64,000 nucleotides of DNA from an uncultured Gammaproteobacteria bacterium (GCA_964553825.1 CAZKLT010000002.1:2068-66067), one strand, 5' to 3'. Counted from the stretch's first letter, positions 17,604 through 27,775 are shown. A program made the numbers and translations. The notes: a model not told the origin generated them from the letters alone.

Positions 17604-18356
17604 ATGAAACATGTCTCAATTAGCTTAATCATCTGCGCATTTTTCCTAATATTCGCTGCACAAAAGCATCCGGCGTTCGCAGAAACCTGCTCCCCGCCTC
17701 AAGCCGGAAATCTTGAACTAACTGCCGATTGTTCATTTGCAGGCATTGTCAACGGCGTGGATTCGGGCACCGGTGATACAAACGATGCAATTCTTACCAT
17801 CAGTGCGGGCATTTTAACCATCATGCCAGGACAGACGATCGCCTTCGGTTCGCTTATCCTCAACGGCGGCGCTATCGCTATTCCAGCAAACAGTTCACTT
17901 CTCTTGCCGGGTGCTTCGCTCTGGATGACCGATTCGGATGCTGATGGATTCCCCGAAAGCACCGATCAAATTGCCGCCACAGAGAATCCGGGCCTCGGGA
18001 CTAGGCGCAGAGCAGGACTCAACGATATAAACACCGCAGATTGCTATGATGGAAATCCGGATGTCTTTGTGGGTCAAACGCTGTTTTTTTCCGTCGACCG
18101 CGGCGACGGGAGTTTTGACTACGACTGTGATGGCGACATCATCAAGCAGCGGGATATCTGCTCCTGTGGGTGCACCAATCTATGCCTTGCTATTCCGGAA
18201 TGTGTCGCCACCGATGTCACGGCAGAGGCAACGGATTGCGGAGCTACCGGAATAAATGCTGGACCCGTAGACTGCACGCGGTCAGACGATATCTACGGGA
18301 ATTGTGTTGCCTGTACAGGCTCGGGGACCACGGAAACCACTATGACATGCCGTTAA
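17604..18356 (+). CDS. Secreted Cys/Asp-rich protein with a putative metal-binding (MopE-like) repeat
   Basis: Signal peptide (AFA-E), DSDADGF, DCYDGNP...FDYDCDG and a Cys-rich C-terminus. Confidence 0.65.
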   Translation: MKHVSISLIICAFFLIFAAQKHPAFAETCSPPQAGNLELTADCSFAGIVNGVDSGTGDTNDAILTISAGILTIMPGQTIAFGSLILNGGAIAIPANSSLLLPGASLWMTDSDADGFPESTDQIAATENPGLGTRRRAGLNDINTADCYDGNPDVFVGQTLFFSVDRGDGSFDYDCDGDIIKQRDICSCGCTNLCLAIPECVATDVTAEATDCGATGINAGPVDCTRSDDIYGNCVACTGSGTTETTMTCR

Positions 18357-18990
18357 ATTGCGTCATGCCCTGCTCATCGACTTCCTTCTCAAGGGCGGAA
18401 AGATTCGGTATAACAATCATGCGTCTGCTGTATTCTATGAGTCTTTTTTTCTTGAGCGCCTCAATCTGAAGACTTGCGGTTTCTCGCGTTGTTCCAATCC
18501 ACGCGGCTATCTCTTTATGAGTCAGGGGCAAGGATAACTTTCCAGTCTGATTCTCACCGAAGTTCTTGGCGTAATACAAGAGCAAAAGGACAACCTTGTG
18601 GTACGCCGATTCAAAAACTAAGTGTTCCATGCGCATAAGCACCCCGCTTAAACCATGAAGAATACGGGAAAATACACGCTCAGTTTCTCCTGGATTTTGC
18701 TTCAGGAATCGTCGAACCTCTTCTCTGGGTGCGCGCAAAATTTCAACCGGCGTCAATGCCTCAAAATAATACCGATTCGGCGTGTCATTAATCACCCAGG
18801 TCATCGGGAAAAAACTTCCGGGTCGGTATACATGCACTACGAGCATGTCTCCGTTCTGCGCAATGAAACTTTGCCGCACAAATCCTTTCTTCAGATACAG
18901 AACTCCTGCCGGAGGGTCCCCTGCGCGAAGCACCACTTCGCCTTTAGCATAGGTAAGTTTGGTAAATTGGGAGAAAAAGACGTCAATCAT
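18340..18990 (-). CDS. Crp/Fnr family transcriptional regulator
   Basis: cNMP-binding fold plus HTH LTHKEIAAWIGTTRETAS. Start uncertain (18990 or 19005). Confidence 0.92.
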   Translation of the reverse strand: MIDVFFSQFTKLTYAKGEVVLRAGDPPAGVLYLKKGFVRQSFIAQNGDMLVVHVYRPGSFFPMTWVINDTPNRYYFEALTPVEILRAPREEVRRFLKQNPGETERVFSRILHGLSGVLMRMEHLVFESAYHKVVLLLLYYAKNFGENQTGKLSLPLTHKEIAAWIGTTRETASLQIEALKKKRLIEYSRRMIVIPNLSALEKEVDEQGMTQFNGMS

Positions 18991-19073
18991 GCCTTTACTA
19001 TACACCGTTTTTACGAAAACGGTGTAATCTATCGTACATATTCTTGATAGGGTACTTCAGGTACAATAGGACT

Positions 19074-19511
19074 ATGTCAAAATCAACTTCATTGAATCGC
19101 GCTATTTTCATTCTCTCTCTTTTGGGTATTATTATTGCCATATATGTCCTCCAGGGATTTATCCGCCAAGCACCGATTGTCTGCGTGAATACGGGCTGTG
19201 AACTCGTGCGAAAAAATCCGGCGAGTTATCTATTCGGCGTCGTCCCTGTCCCCGCAGTCGGACTTGTGGGATACACCATTCTTGCCATCTGCGCATTCCT
19301 GCGTACAACCCAGCTTACCCAAAAAACAGCGACACTCGTAACGCGCATCATGCTTGGCATGGGTGCTTTTGGCGTTGCGTTTGTGGCGTGGTTTACTTAT
19401 ACGGAGATATTCGTTATTCGGGGAATCTGCACCTGGTGTGCTATATCGGCCGTGAATATGGTTGTTGTTTTCGTCCTGACACTGAAGGGACTGAAGAAAG
19501 GAACGATATGA
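19074..19511 (+). CDS. Vitamin K epoxide reductase (VKOR) family protein
   Basis: CVNTGC loop cysteines, CTWC active site, four TM helices. Confidence 0.9.
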   Translation: MSKSTSLNRAIFILSLLGIIIAIYVLQGFIRQAPIVCVNTGCELVRKNPASYLFGVVPVPAVGLVGYTILAICAFLRTTQLTQKTATLVTRIMLGMGAFGVAFVAWFTYTEIFVIRGICTWCAISAVNMVVVFVLTLKGLKKGTI

Positions 19512-20143
19512 AACTCACAGACGAATCCAAAATTCTCCTGGGTATTCTGAGCGCAACCGTACTTCTCGTTGTCGGCGCAATTGTGTATTACTCCCGACCT
19601 ACTCCCCCAACGCCAGTGACTCCCATGGAGATCCTTGCCCCCGCAGACAGAAGTTATCGTGGTCCTGTAGATGCTCCGGTGGTGCTGGTCGAATTTTCGG
19701 ATTTCCAATGTCCTGCCTGTCTTGCGGCCAAACCGGTCGTCGATGCCATACTCCAAAAGTACCCCCAGGAAGTCCGATTCATCTACCGGCACTTCCCGCT
19801 TGACTCACATGTATATGGCAGGAAGGCTGCAGAGGCTGCAGAAGCGGCCAAGCAGCAGGGAAAATTCTGGGAAATGTACGACGGCTTGTTTGCCAATCAG
19901 GCATCGCTTTCTGACGAAACCGTCCGCAATCTTGCCCAATCCCTGGGTCTTCACATGGATACATTCAATCGCGACTGGAAAGACGCCACTATTGCAGCAT
20001 TCGTATCCGCGGATCGCGCAGACGGCGAAAAAGTTACCATCTTAGGGACGCCAACATTCTTTCTGAATGGGAAAAAACTTGCACCAGTCAGCTGGAGCGA
20101 CCTGATGGTTGAAGTGGAAAACGCTATCAATTCTGGTCGCTAG
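19508..20143 (+). CDS. DsbA family thiol-disulfide oxidoreductase
   Basis: EFSDFQCPAC, RHFPL and GTPTFF motifs. Confidence 0.92.
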   Translation: MKLTDESKILLGILSATVLLVVGAIVYYSRPTPPTPVTPMEILAPADRSYRGPVDAPVVLVEFSDFQCPACLAAKPVVDAILQKYPQEVRFIYRHFPLDSHVYGRKAAEAAEAAKQQGKFWEMYDGLFANQASLSDETVRNLAQSLGLHMDTFNRDWKDATIAAFVSADRADGEKVTILGTPTFFLNGKKLAPVSWSDLMVEVENAINSGR

Positions 20144-20197
20144 TTCCCTCTCCCGCTCATTGACGGGCATAAAATTCAACGACTACAATCAAGAGGC

Positions 20198-21406
20198 ATG
20201 TTATATTTTGCCGAACTATCAGGGAAGCGGGTTACAGACGCGGGAGGAAAACACATCGGCAATGTAGCCGATCTGGCATTCCTGGCCTCCGGACAACCGC
20301 TTATTACGAAACTGACGATCCGCAACAACAGGGAATTTCTCAATGTCTCCCTGGCATCCGTTGCGTCTTTCAATGGCGGCATCCGACTGAAAGCAGGCTT
20401 TGAAGCGACCCAAGTCGACGAGAATGAACTTTCCATCCACACACACCTTCTGGACCAGCAAATCATCGATATCAAGGGAAACAAGGTCGTTCGCGTTAAT
20501 GACGTTGCGATACAGGAAAAACCCTATCTCGTGATTGCCGGAGTGGATGTGGGAATTTTGGGCATCGCTCGCTGGTTCCATTTGGAGCAATTTCTCAATC
20601 GTGGCCTTGCACGGTTTGGCAAAATCGTAACCAGCGACTTTCTTTCCTGGGAAAATATCCAGCCGGTTGAACTTTCGCGCGGAAAAGTTGTCCTGCGCCG
20701 CGAAGAAACCAAGCTCACGAAACTGCGACCTGAAGATTTGGCGGACCATCTGGAACGGCTTTCCCTCAAAAACCTCACAAAAATACTTGATCTGCTCCCG
20801 GATGAATATGAAGCAGACGTGGTCCAGAATCTCAATATCAGCCACCAACGAATGCTTTTCCGTTCAATTAAAGCGGAACACGCAGCGCAAATCCTCAGCC
20901 AAGCCGACCCCGACGAAGCAGTCGACATTCTGCTTACGCTTCCGCCCAAAAGACGGGAAGCAATCCTCGCCTATGTCCACGAAGAAGCCAAATCCCCTAT
21001 CAACCACCTCCTGGCCCTCTCAAAGACCGATATCGGTGAACTTGCTACCAGTGATTTCTTCACGGCAACTCCGCAGGAAAGTGCAGGAAATGTCAGACGT
21101 CGCATCAAGCATGATACGACAGCTGCCGATCCGCTGGTATACGTCTACGTTATAAATAAGAATAAGGAGCTCGTCGGCGTCTGCAATCTCCACGAACTTA
21201 TTCTGCAGGATGCGGAAGTGCCGATCTACAAATTCATGATTCCAAACGTTGTTCCCGTCTATCTGACGACGCCCCCCCAAATCGCGCTTACGAAAATGAC
21301 AAAATATAAAATTTACGCTCTACCGATTATTAATGACAAGCGGCATATTCTTGGCGTCGTCACGATGGAAGATATTTTAGAAACGCTGCAACATAAACTT
21401 ATATGA
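20198..21406 (+). CDS. PRC-barrel + MgtE N-terminal + CBS domain protein
   Basis: QIIDIKGNKVVRVNDV, LRPEDLAD, DPDEAVDIL and a CBS pair. Confidence 0.88.
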   Translation: MLYFAELSGKRVTDAGGKHIGNVADLAFLASGQPLITKLTIRNNREFLNVSLASVASFNGGIRLKAGFEATQVDENELSIHTHLLDQQIIDIKGNKVVRVNDVAIQEKPYLVIAGVDVGILGIARWFHLEQFLNRGLARFGKIVTSDFLSWENIQPVELSRGKVVLRREETKLTKLRPEDLADHLERLSLKNLTKILDLLPDEYEADVVQNLNISHQRMLFRSIKAEHAAQILSQADPDEAVDILLTLPPKRREAILAYVHEEAKSPINHLLALSKTDIGELATSDFFTATPQESAGNVRRRIKHDTTAADPLVYVYVINKNKELVGVCNLHELILQDAEVPIYKFMIPNVVPVYLTTPPQIALTKMTKYKIYALPIINDKRHILGVVTMEDILETLQHKLI

Positions 21407-22647
21407 TCGAGTGGATTCATCAACAGAAAAGAAGAATATTCGCAATGCTTGCCATCATCGGGCCTGGACTTATTACGGCATTTGCTGACAATGACGCTGC
21501 GGGCGTTTCCACCTATTCCGTCTCGGCGGCGGCATTCGGCTACGCAATACTCATCGTCACCATTCCCATGACCATACTGCTTGCCATCACACAGGAAATC
21601 GGCTCACGGATAGCCATTGTTTCCCAAAAAGGCCTTGCTGACCTCATCCGCGAACGCTACGGCGTGCGCGTCGCGCTTGGCATTTTTGGACTCATGTTTC
21701 TCGTAAATCTTGCCGTCGTCGTCATGAACATTAGCGGAATTAAATCCGCCCTCGCACTCTTTGGCTTGCCTGCTGCTGCGCTCATGCCTCTGATTGTCGC
21801 CGGACTGTATTTCTTTGTCGTACTGACAAAGTACAATACGATCGAACGGTTCTTTTTTATCCTTATCGGGTTTTATCTGACGTATGCGGTTTCCGCTTTT
21901 CTTTCCAAGCCTGACTGGGGTGCGGCAACACAGGCGCTTTTTATCCCCAACGGTGAACTGACGCCAAAATTTATTTACACCGCTATTGCCGTCATCGGGG
22001 CGACCATTACCCTTTGGGGGCAATTTTTCATCAATTCCTATGTCAAGGATAAACGGTTAACGGTCGAACATCTGAAATATAGCAGACTTGAAGTCTATCT
22101 GGGAGCCCTTTTAACGAACTTGTTTTCGTTTTTTATGATGGTTGCCGTCATTGCCACACTGTACGTCCGCAATATCCCGATAACCGATGCAGCAGGGGCA
22201 TCTATTGCCATCCGCCCATTTGCAGGTGAATTTGCGGGCATCCTGTTTGGCCTGGGTCTGTTTATTGCGGGGACACTTGGATGTATCATCGTCTCCCTTT
22301 CTACTGCGTATGCATTCTCAGAATTTTTCGGTTACTCAGGAAGTCTTGATGAAAATTTCCGCAAAAGCCGCCTTTTTTATACGATGCTACTGATCCAGCT
22401 TGTTTTAGGGACGCTCATTGTCATGTCTCCCAAAGTGTCGCTTTTTTCCATAACACTTATCGGCAACTTCATCAACGGCGGCGTTCTGCCGGTCGTTCTG
22501 TATTTTCTGTATCAGTTTGCGAATAACGAAAGGATCATGGGTGAATACACAAATACAAAAACACAGAATGTTATCCTCGCCGGATCTGCGGTCTTCATCT
22601 CAGCGGCCACGCTTTTTGGAATTGCGGGACAACTACTGGGCCTCTAA
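21403..22647 (+). CDS. NRAMP family divalent metal transporter (Mg/Mn)
   Basis: GPGLITAFADNDAAG motif, about 11 TM helices; overlaps the MgtE-N gene. Confidence 0.9.
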   Translation: MIEWIHQQKRRIFAMLAIIGPGLITAFADNDAAGVSTYSVSAAAFGYAILIVTIPMTILLAITQEIGSRIAIVSQKGLADLIRERYGVRVALGIFGLMFLVNLAVVVMNISGIKSALALFGLPAAALMPLIVAGLYFFVVLTKYNTIERFFFILIGFYLTYAVSAFLSKPDWGAATQALFIPNGELTPKFIYTAIAVIGATITLWGQFFINSYVKDKRLTVEHLKYSRLEVYLGALLTNLFSFFMMVAVIATLYVRNIPITDAAGASIAIRPFAGEFAGILFGLGLFIAGTLGCIIVSLSTAYAFSEFFGYSGSLDENFRKSRLFYTMLLIQLVLGTLIVMSPKVSLFSITLIGNFINGGVLPVVLYFLYQFANNERIMGEYTNTKTQNVILAGSAVFISAATLFGIAGQLLGL

Positions 22648-23324
22648 AGATAAAGCGCCACGGTCATATTCCAGAAGATATGAACCAGAATCGGGGCAAC
22701 GAGCGACCTGGTGGTTGCAAATAATATGCTATTGGCAAACGCCAAAATAAAATCGGTCACGAAGAACAGAATAAGGGTCGATCCCGTCAGTTTATTGATC
22801 GTCACGAGCATAGGAACATGAAGACAAAGGAATAAAACAGCGCCGATAAAGGCGGCCTTCATGAGGCTTCCCGTTTTTTCGTGGAGTCGGTTAAACACAA
22901 AGCCGCGGCTTAATAACTCTTCGGAAAATGCCGTTGCCAGAGAGACAATGATAAGAAAGAATCCATATTCCCGGAATGCGGCAATCGGATTAACGTCAAC
23001 ACTTCCGTATTTCAGCGCGTGTGCAAGGAGTCCCTCAATGGCAAATACCATGCCAAACCCAAGCCCAATGTAGATGCTCTTAAAAAAGTTTTCTCCGGTA
23101 AGACCGATCGAAGCCAAGCTTCTTCCCTCTTTCTTGAGGACATACCAAAGAACCGGCGCCACGAACACAAGCGGTTTGAACACAAATTCATCCGCCCACT
23201 CGGGAACACTCACAAAATACCGGTACAGACTCCACGCCAAAAGAATCCACGCCCACAGTCGGTAAATAGGCTCAGGTGAAGATGTCTCAGAAGCGGTAGA
23301 TTTCGTTCCCATTACTATTACCAT
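22644..23324 (-). CDS. CPBP (CAAX protease/Abi) intramembrane metalloprotease
   Basis: EELLSRG, FxxxH and HIFWN motifs. Confidence 0.9.
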   Translation of the reverse strand: MVIVMGTKSTASETSSPEPIYRLWAWILLAWSLYRYFVSVPEWADEFVFKPLVFVAPVLWYVLKKEGRSLASIGLTGENFFKSIYIGLGFGMVFAIEGLLAHALKYGSVDVNPIAAFREYGFFLIIVSLATAFSEELLSRGFVFNRLHEKTGSLMKAAFIGAVLFLCLHVPMLVTINKLTGSTLILFFVTDFILAFANSILFATTRSLVAPILVHIFWNMTVALYL

Positions 23325-23363
23325 ACCTTCTTCTCCCCGAAATGCGCAAGAGGCAGGCGTACC

Positions 23364-23861
23364 CTACTGCTGTTTTTCCCGGGGAGAAATATGCGCCTGA
23401 GTAACAGCCAGTTGCATCGCGTCAAGAATAAGCTGAATTGTTTCCTTGGCCCGGTCAAGTGTTAGGGCCCGATAGTTATGAGGAAAATAGTGAAACACCA
23501 GATTTCGACCGGTTTTCCACGCTTCCCAAAGGGCTTGAGCGAGGGGCTCTCCATATTTATCCTTCAGCTGGGCATAGGCGCTTCTTTGATGGAGCCGGGA
23601 AACAAGATGTGGTGAAAGCGCCTTACCGATGCGGAAACGGTCACTGACATACTGGCTTTTATCGATAATGCCCGTATCCAGAAAAAGTTGCTTGAGAAAT
23701 CCTTCATAAAGTTTTGCAAAAGGGAAAACAAGATATGAATAGTCCGTGGGCTCGCGGTCACGATGATGCGCGCTATCCTCCACCAAGAATGTTCCGTCTT
23801 CCAGGAGTGTTTGTTGGGTCGGTGAAAGATACCGCCAAAGCAATGAATTTTTCTCGATCAT
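23364..23861 (-). CDS. Stand-alone HEPN domain protein (RNase LS/RnlA-like)
   Basis: DYSYLVFPFAKLYEGFLK and the Rx4H motif RNLVFH. Confidence 0.65.
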   Translation of the reverse strand: MIEKNSLLWRYLSPTQQTLLEDGTFLVEDSAHHRDREPTDYSYLVFPFAKLYEGFLKQLFLDTGIIDKSQYVSDRFRIGKALSPHLVSRLHQRSAYAQLKDKYGEPLAQALWEAWKTGRNLVFHYFPHNYRALTLDRAKETIQLILDAMQLAVTQAHISPREKQQ

Positions 23862-24325
23862 CGGACGAAAAGAAATGTCTCAACCAAAAACACAAACATA
23901 AACCCGATAAGCACCCACAGCTGTGTCTTTGGGCTTACGGGACCGGCAACCATCCGATACCAATCATCAAGATTCTTCTGAATCTGCCATTGTCCTACCT
24001 GCCAAAGCACCAGCGTAAGATACAGCGAAAGAACAAGGCCGGTTGCCAACGGTGAACCCGAGGACGTCACGACAAACATGCTCACCGGAACAAACGCTCC
24101 CAAAAAAACGATCGACCGGAACGGAGACGGCGTCAACGCAAAAAAAACCTCCGCGATATCCAAAAAATACACACCCAAAACGCCACCCAGCATAAACCAC
24201 GCTGTCGCCCACTGTGGATGAATGTTCCATTTGAAAAACGCCGCTATAACGAGATATATAAGCGATACGAAAAGAAAAAACGCAGGCTTCCGTCTGATAA
24301 TGGCTTTTATTTTTTCAACATCCAT
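23858..24325 (-). CDS. Hypothetical membrane protein
   Basis: Hydrophobic ORF inside an operon; start uncertain. Confidence 0.7.
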   Translation of the reverse strand: MDVEKIKAIIRRKPAFFLFVSLIYLVIAAFFKWNIHPQWATAWFMLGGVLGVYFLDIAEVFFALTPSPFRSIVFLGAFVPVSMFVVTSSGSPLATGLVLSLYLTLVLWQVGQWQIQKNLDDWYRMVAGPVSPKTQLWVLIGFMFVFLVETFLFVR

Positions 24326-24340
24326 AGGGATAGCTCTCAA

Positions 24341-24613
24341 TTAGTATAACACCTCAAATCTCAGGAATTCCCCGTTTCCCTCACCCCACTGAATATCAAG
24401 GTGCTCTACCCAAGCAACATCAGGCCCTTGGCGAACCTGATCAACAAACATCTTAAGCACCTCAGCAGATCCTTCCGCAACTATTGCGACGGTGCCGTTG
24501 TCTCTGTTTTGCACCCACCCGGTCAATGAGAGCGCCTTTGCCAGCCGCTTCGTCCATGCCCGAAATCCGACGCCCTGGACATCCCCGGAAACAATAAGGA
24601 AAACACGCTTCAT
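24341..24613 (-). CDS. acyP: Acylphosphatase
   Basis: VSGDVQGVGFR and GWVQN motifs. Confidence 0.95.
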   Translation of the reverse strand: MKRVFLIVSGDVQGVGFRAWTKRLAKALSLTGWVQNRDNGTVAIVAEGSAEVLKMFVDQVRQGPDVAWVEHLDIQWGEGNGEFLRFEVLY

Positions 24614-25815
24614 TCCACCTGCTCGACACTCAGGTCAAGCCTCCATACAGTCCCGGTCTTTTCGCTGTCGCGCAACCACTCTCGGTTATCGGGTTGCACG
24701 GGGTTTTGCTGGAGAAATTGGACAAGAGCGCGGATATCTGGATCTAGCCGCAATACCTCTAATTTACGCGCGATCGGCGATACATCATTGAGCGGATGCA
24801 CCGCATCAGTGACGACAATTCTGGTAATAAGCGGATGAGTCAAATGATCCATTGCCGTCAGCGTGCTATCCGTCACATTAGCAAATATTCCTTTTACGGC
24901 ACACACGGTGAGACTGTTGGCGCTTCCACTAAGCGCCTCTGCGATCTTGAACGTCGTGCCCGCCTCGCGCACTTCATCATCCATCATCACCACGTTGCAC
25001 TGGTTATCCCGGATATACGCAAGCACGGGTTGCGGAATTTCAATCGTGGGCATGCCATTTCCTGTTCTATTGCGTACTTTCACTGCAGAGCCCATGGGCG
25101 CACGAAGAACGGAAGCAAGGATACGAGCCTCGTCTTTGCGCCCCTTGTCCGGTCCCATGACAAAAACATTGGGAATTCCCTCCAGGCCCGCCTCTTTTGT
25201 CAAAAACTTAAATCCATCAAGCGGTAAAAGCGGGAATCCTTCCCGAAGGGCTAATTCTGTGGACCGCAGCGAATGCGGATGCGTAATAAATCCTGCGTCG
25301 ATGTATCCACGATCGGTCAAAATTTCAACCGAATCCTTCAGGGTGGTTACATGAGGAAGCGTGGTACCGTTTTGCGTAAATGTATGATCCTGTCGCTCAT
25401 GAGGAAGTGCTGTTAAAACGGTCACAATGGTTTCAACACCCATTTCCTTATAGGTACGCGCCAGCCCGCGAAGTCCGAAAAGATGATCCGCAAAGATGGT
25501 GCTTGCCACAAGAAATACGGTTTTTGGGATACGTCCGTACGTCGCGTTTAGATCGACAACAACAGGAATAAGCGACCCGTCCCCATAGCGCTTCACAGAC
25601 ATTTGACTATTTCCCTGGGGAGCGGCCCCGATACCCGTATAGACCAGTTCCGCGTCGGCAAAAAGCGCTTCTTTCCCCCGAAATTTATCTTCCCACAATC
25701 GTCGCGCCTGACCACCGAAACTCTCTTCCAGGGAAATTATCGGTTCATAGTTTGGGGGGGCAAAATTGTCAAGGTCTGAAGATTTGGTCTCGATTTCTCT
25801 GAGGTTACCTGTCAT
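24610..25815 (-). CDS. Divergent ribose-phosphate pyrophosphokinase-like protein
   Basis: YGDGS, PHERQD, HPHS, GPDKG, MMDDEVREAGT and IVVTDAV line up with PRPP synthetase motifs, with substitutions. Confidence 0.7.
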   Translation of the reverse strand: MTGNLREIETKSSDLDNFAPPNYEPIISLEESFGGQARRLWEDKFRGKEALFADAELVYTGIGAAPQGNSQMSVKRYGDGSLIPVVVDLNATYGRIPKTVFLVASTIFADHLFGLRGLARTYKEMGVETIVTVLTALPHERQDHTFTQNGTTLPHVTTLKDSVEILTDRGYIDAGFITHPHSLRSTELALREGFPLLPLDGFKFLTKEAGLEGIPNVFVMGPDKGRKDEARILASVLRAPMGSAVKVRNRTGNGMPTIEIPQPVLAYIRDNQCNVVMMDDEVREAGTTFKIAEALSGSANSLTVCAVKGIFANVTDSTLTAMDHLTHPLITRIVVTDAVHPLNDVSPIARKLEVLRLDPDIRALVQFLQQNPVQPDNREWLRDSEKTGTVWRLDLSVEQVE

Positions 25816-25881
25816 AGTCGTTCATACGCGCTCTGATGAGGCGACTATAATCCTCTGCACTTACACAGTCAAGCGCTCCTA

Positions 25882-26151
25882 CTACTCTTCACCCTGCTTT
25901 AGCTTCCGCATTTTCCACATAAACAATCGTGCTTTGCTTTTGGCATTGGCATCTTTCACAAATGACAGGGCTTTTTCAAGAACAGCACGAGGTACCGTTT
26001 TGGCAAGTCGTATGTAGAGGGATTTGTGTTTATAATCGCCCAATGTCTCGGCCAGATAAATACCGTAGGACTGGAATTCACGGGAAATGTATTTATCTTC
26101 CAGGGGGTTAAACTTGGTAAGGATATCGCCGATGCGGGAAACGTTTCCCAT
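25882..26151 (-). CDS. Small hypothetical protein
   Basis: 89-aa ORF collinear with pth; SREFQSYG...HKSLYIRLAK...ARLFMWK. Confidence 0.7.
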   Translation of the reverse strand: MGNVSRIGDILTKFNPLEDKYISREFQSYGIYLAETLGDYKHKSLYIRLAKTVPRAVLEKALSFVKDANAKSKARLFMWKMRKLKQGEE

Positions 26152-26153
26152 AC

Positions 26154-26744
26154 TTAATTAAAGCGATTCATCGCTTTATCTATACCGTCGGTAAGCAATA
26201 TTCGGGTAGCTTGAACACCATATTTGATGAGTTTTCTCAGTGATCCTGCCTCAGAGAGAGTAAATTTGGACAAAACAAACCGGATAACGGCAGCCTGCGG
26301 ACGTGTTCTGTCGGCCACAACACCCTTACGCGGCGCGTCACGACCAATCCCCAGTCGAATACGGACAAACGCATCACTTCCCATTTCCCGGATAAGGGAA
26401 TCAATGCCATGGTGTCCGGCAGACGCTCCCCCCGTACGTATCCGTATTTTTCCGAGCGGCAAATCCAGATCATCATGAACAACAACCACATCCGTTGGCT
26501 TCAACTTAAAAAAGGACACAAGGCTTTGGACGGCCAAACCGCTTGCATTCATAAGGGTCTGCGGCTTGACGAGAATGACATCACCGGTTTTAAGGATCTC
26601 CGCGTTATGCTTTTTTTCAAAGGACCAAACAGCGTCAGATGAGCCCAACTCATGCGCTAATTTCTCCAGCACCATAAAGCCGATATTATGTCGGGTGTCT
26701 TTGTACTGTCCGCCGGGGTTACCCAATCCTACGATAAGTTTCAT
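26154..26744 (-). CDS. pth: Peptidyl-tRNA hydrolase
   Basis: MKLIVGLGNPG, TRHNIGF, HDDLDL and GHHG motifs. Confidence 0.95.
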   Translation of the reverse strand: MKLIVGLGNPGGQYKDTRHNIGFMVLEKLAHELGSSDAVWSFEKKHNAEILKTGDVILVKPQTLMNASGLAVQSLVSFFKLKPTDVVVVHDDLDLPLGKIRIRTGGASAGHHGIDSLIREMGSDAFVRIRLGIGRDAPRKGVVADRTRPQAAVIRFVLSKFTLSEAGSLRKLIKYGVQATRILLTDGIDKAMNRFN

Positions 26745-27373
26745 AACGTTCTTCCAAGACATTCTACCACGTCTTCATCAGATACTTGCCGGAAATCCTC
26801 ATAGTACTGTCCTACCGACTCAAAATCACGAGGTGTTTCAAGCACAATACACTGTGCAACCTCTGGCACGAGATCACGCACGGCAGCCTCATGTGCCACC
26901 GGAAGCCCAACAGAGATCCGTTTGGCTTTTTTGGTGTTGCACCACTTGATCGCAGCTTGCATGGTGGCTCCTGTTGCTGCGCCGTCATCGACCAAAAGTA
27001 TCGACTTGCCTTGCACAACCAAGGGCTTTTTTCCCTTTCTATACATCTGCGTGCGCTTGGTAATCTGGTCATTTAAAGCAGTTATCTGACTTTGCATAAA
27101 AACTTCGTCTGCCCCCGATATTGCTGCCATTCTCCAATTAATGCGCCGTATTCCATTTGGCGCGAGTGCACCCAGGGCCAATTCCGGATTTCCCGGGGAA
27201 GGAATTTTTCGTACGACCAGCACGTCCAGGGGAAGCGCGAGTGCATGCGAGAGTGCACCCGCAACGATAACTCCCCCGCGCGCAAGCCCAATCACACAAT
27301 CAATAGTCCCCATCAGGGATGTACATTTTTCAGAGAGGAGGATGCCGGCGTTTACCCTATCCTTGAAAATCAC
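26741..27373 (-). CDS. Phosphoribosyltransferase family protein
   Basis: FKDRVNAG, LARGG, LVDDGAATGAT and VGQYYEDF motifs. Confidence 0.9.
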   Translation of the reverse strand: MIFKDRVNAGILLSEKCTSLMGTIDCVIGLARGGVIVAGALSHALALPLDVLVVRKIPSPGNPELALGALAPNGIRRINWRMAAISGADEVFMQSQITALNDQITKRTQMYRKGKKPLVVQGKSILLVDDGAATGATMQAAIKWCNTKKAKRISVGLPVAHEAAVRDLVPEVAQCIVLETPRDFESVGQYYEDFRQVSDEDVVECLGRTL

Positions 27374-27445
27374 GTAATTAGCACCTACTCACACCGCGTC
27401 GGCGGTCAGGTGCTAATCATGCGTCTTTCACGGCGCACAATTTAC

Positions 27446-27775
27446 CTACTTCATCTTCGCAAGCTGCTTTTCTGCCATTTCTCCTACGTACGGAACTTTG
27501 TACATTTCACCTTGGAACGCTTTCCACATACACATAATCCACAAAACAAATGCGACGAAGGAAAGCAGTAATCCAGCGAGCCAACCAAGAATCGGGACGA
27601 ATCCAAGCGCCATGTTGATAACAAAGATGCCACCAAAAAGGAGCACGGATTGCATTGCATGGAACCGCACGAACTTGCTCTGCTTTTCGACGAGAAGAAG
27701 AATAACTCCTGTTATGAATCCCAACAGGTACGAAGCTGCACCCATGAGATTTTCATTGCCTTTCGGTTCTGCCAT
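27446..27775 (-). CDS. DUF4870/Tic20-like membrane protein
   Basis: FVRFHAMQS ... YKVPYVG; GGAGG RBS. Confidence 0.85.
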   Translation of the reverse strand: MAEPKGNENLMGAASYLLGFITGVILLLVEKQSKFVRFHAMQSVLLFGGIFVINMALGFVPILGWLAGLLLSFVAFVLWIMCMWKAFQGEMYKVPYVGEMAEKQLAKMK

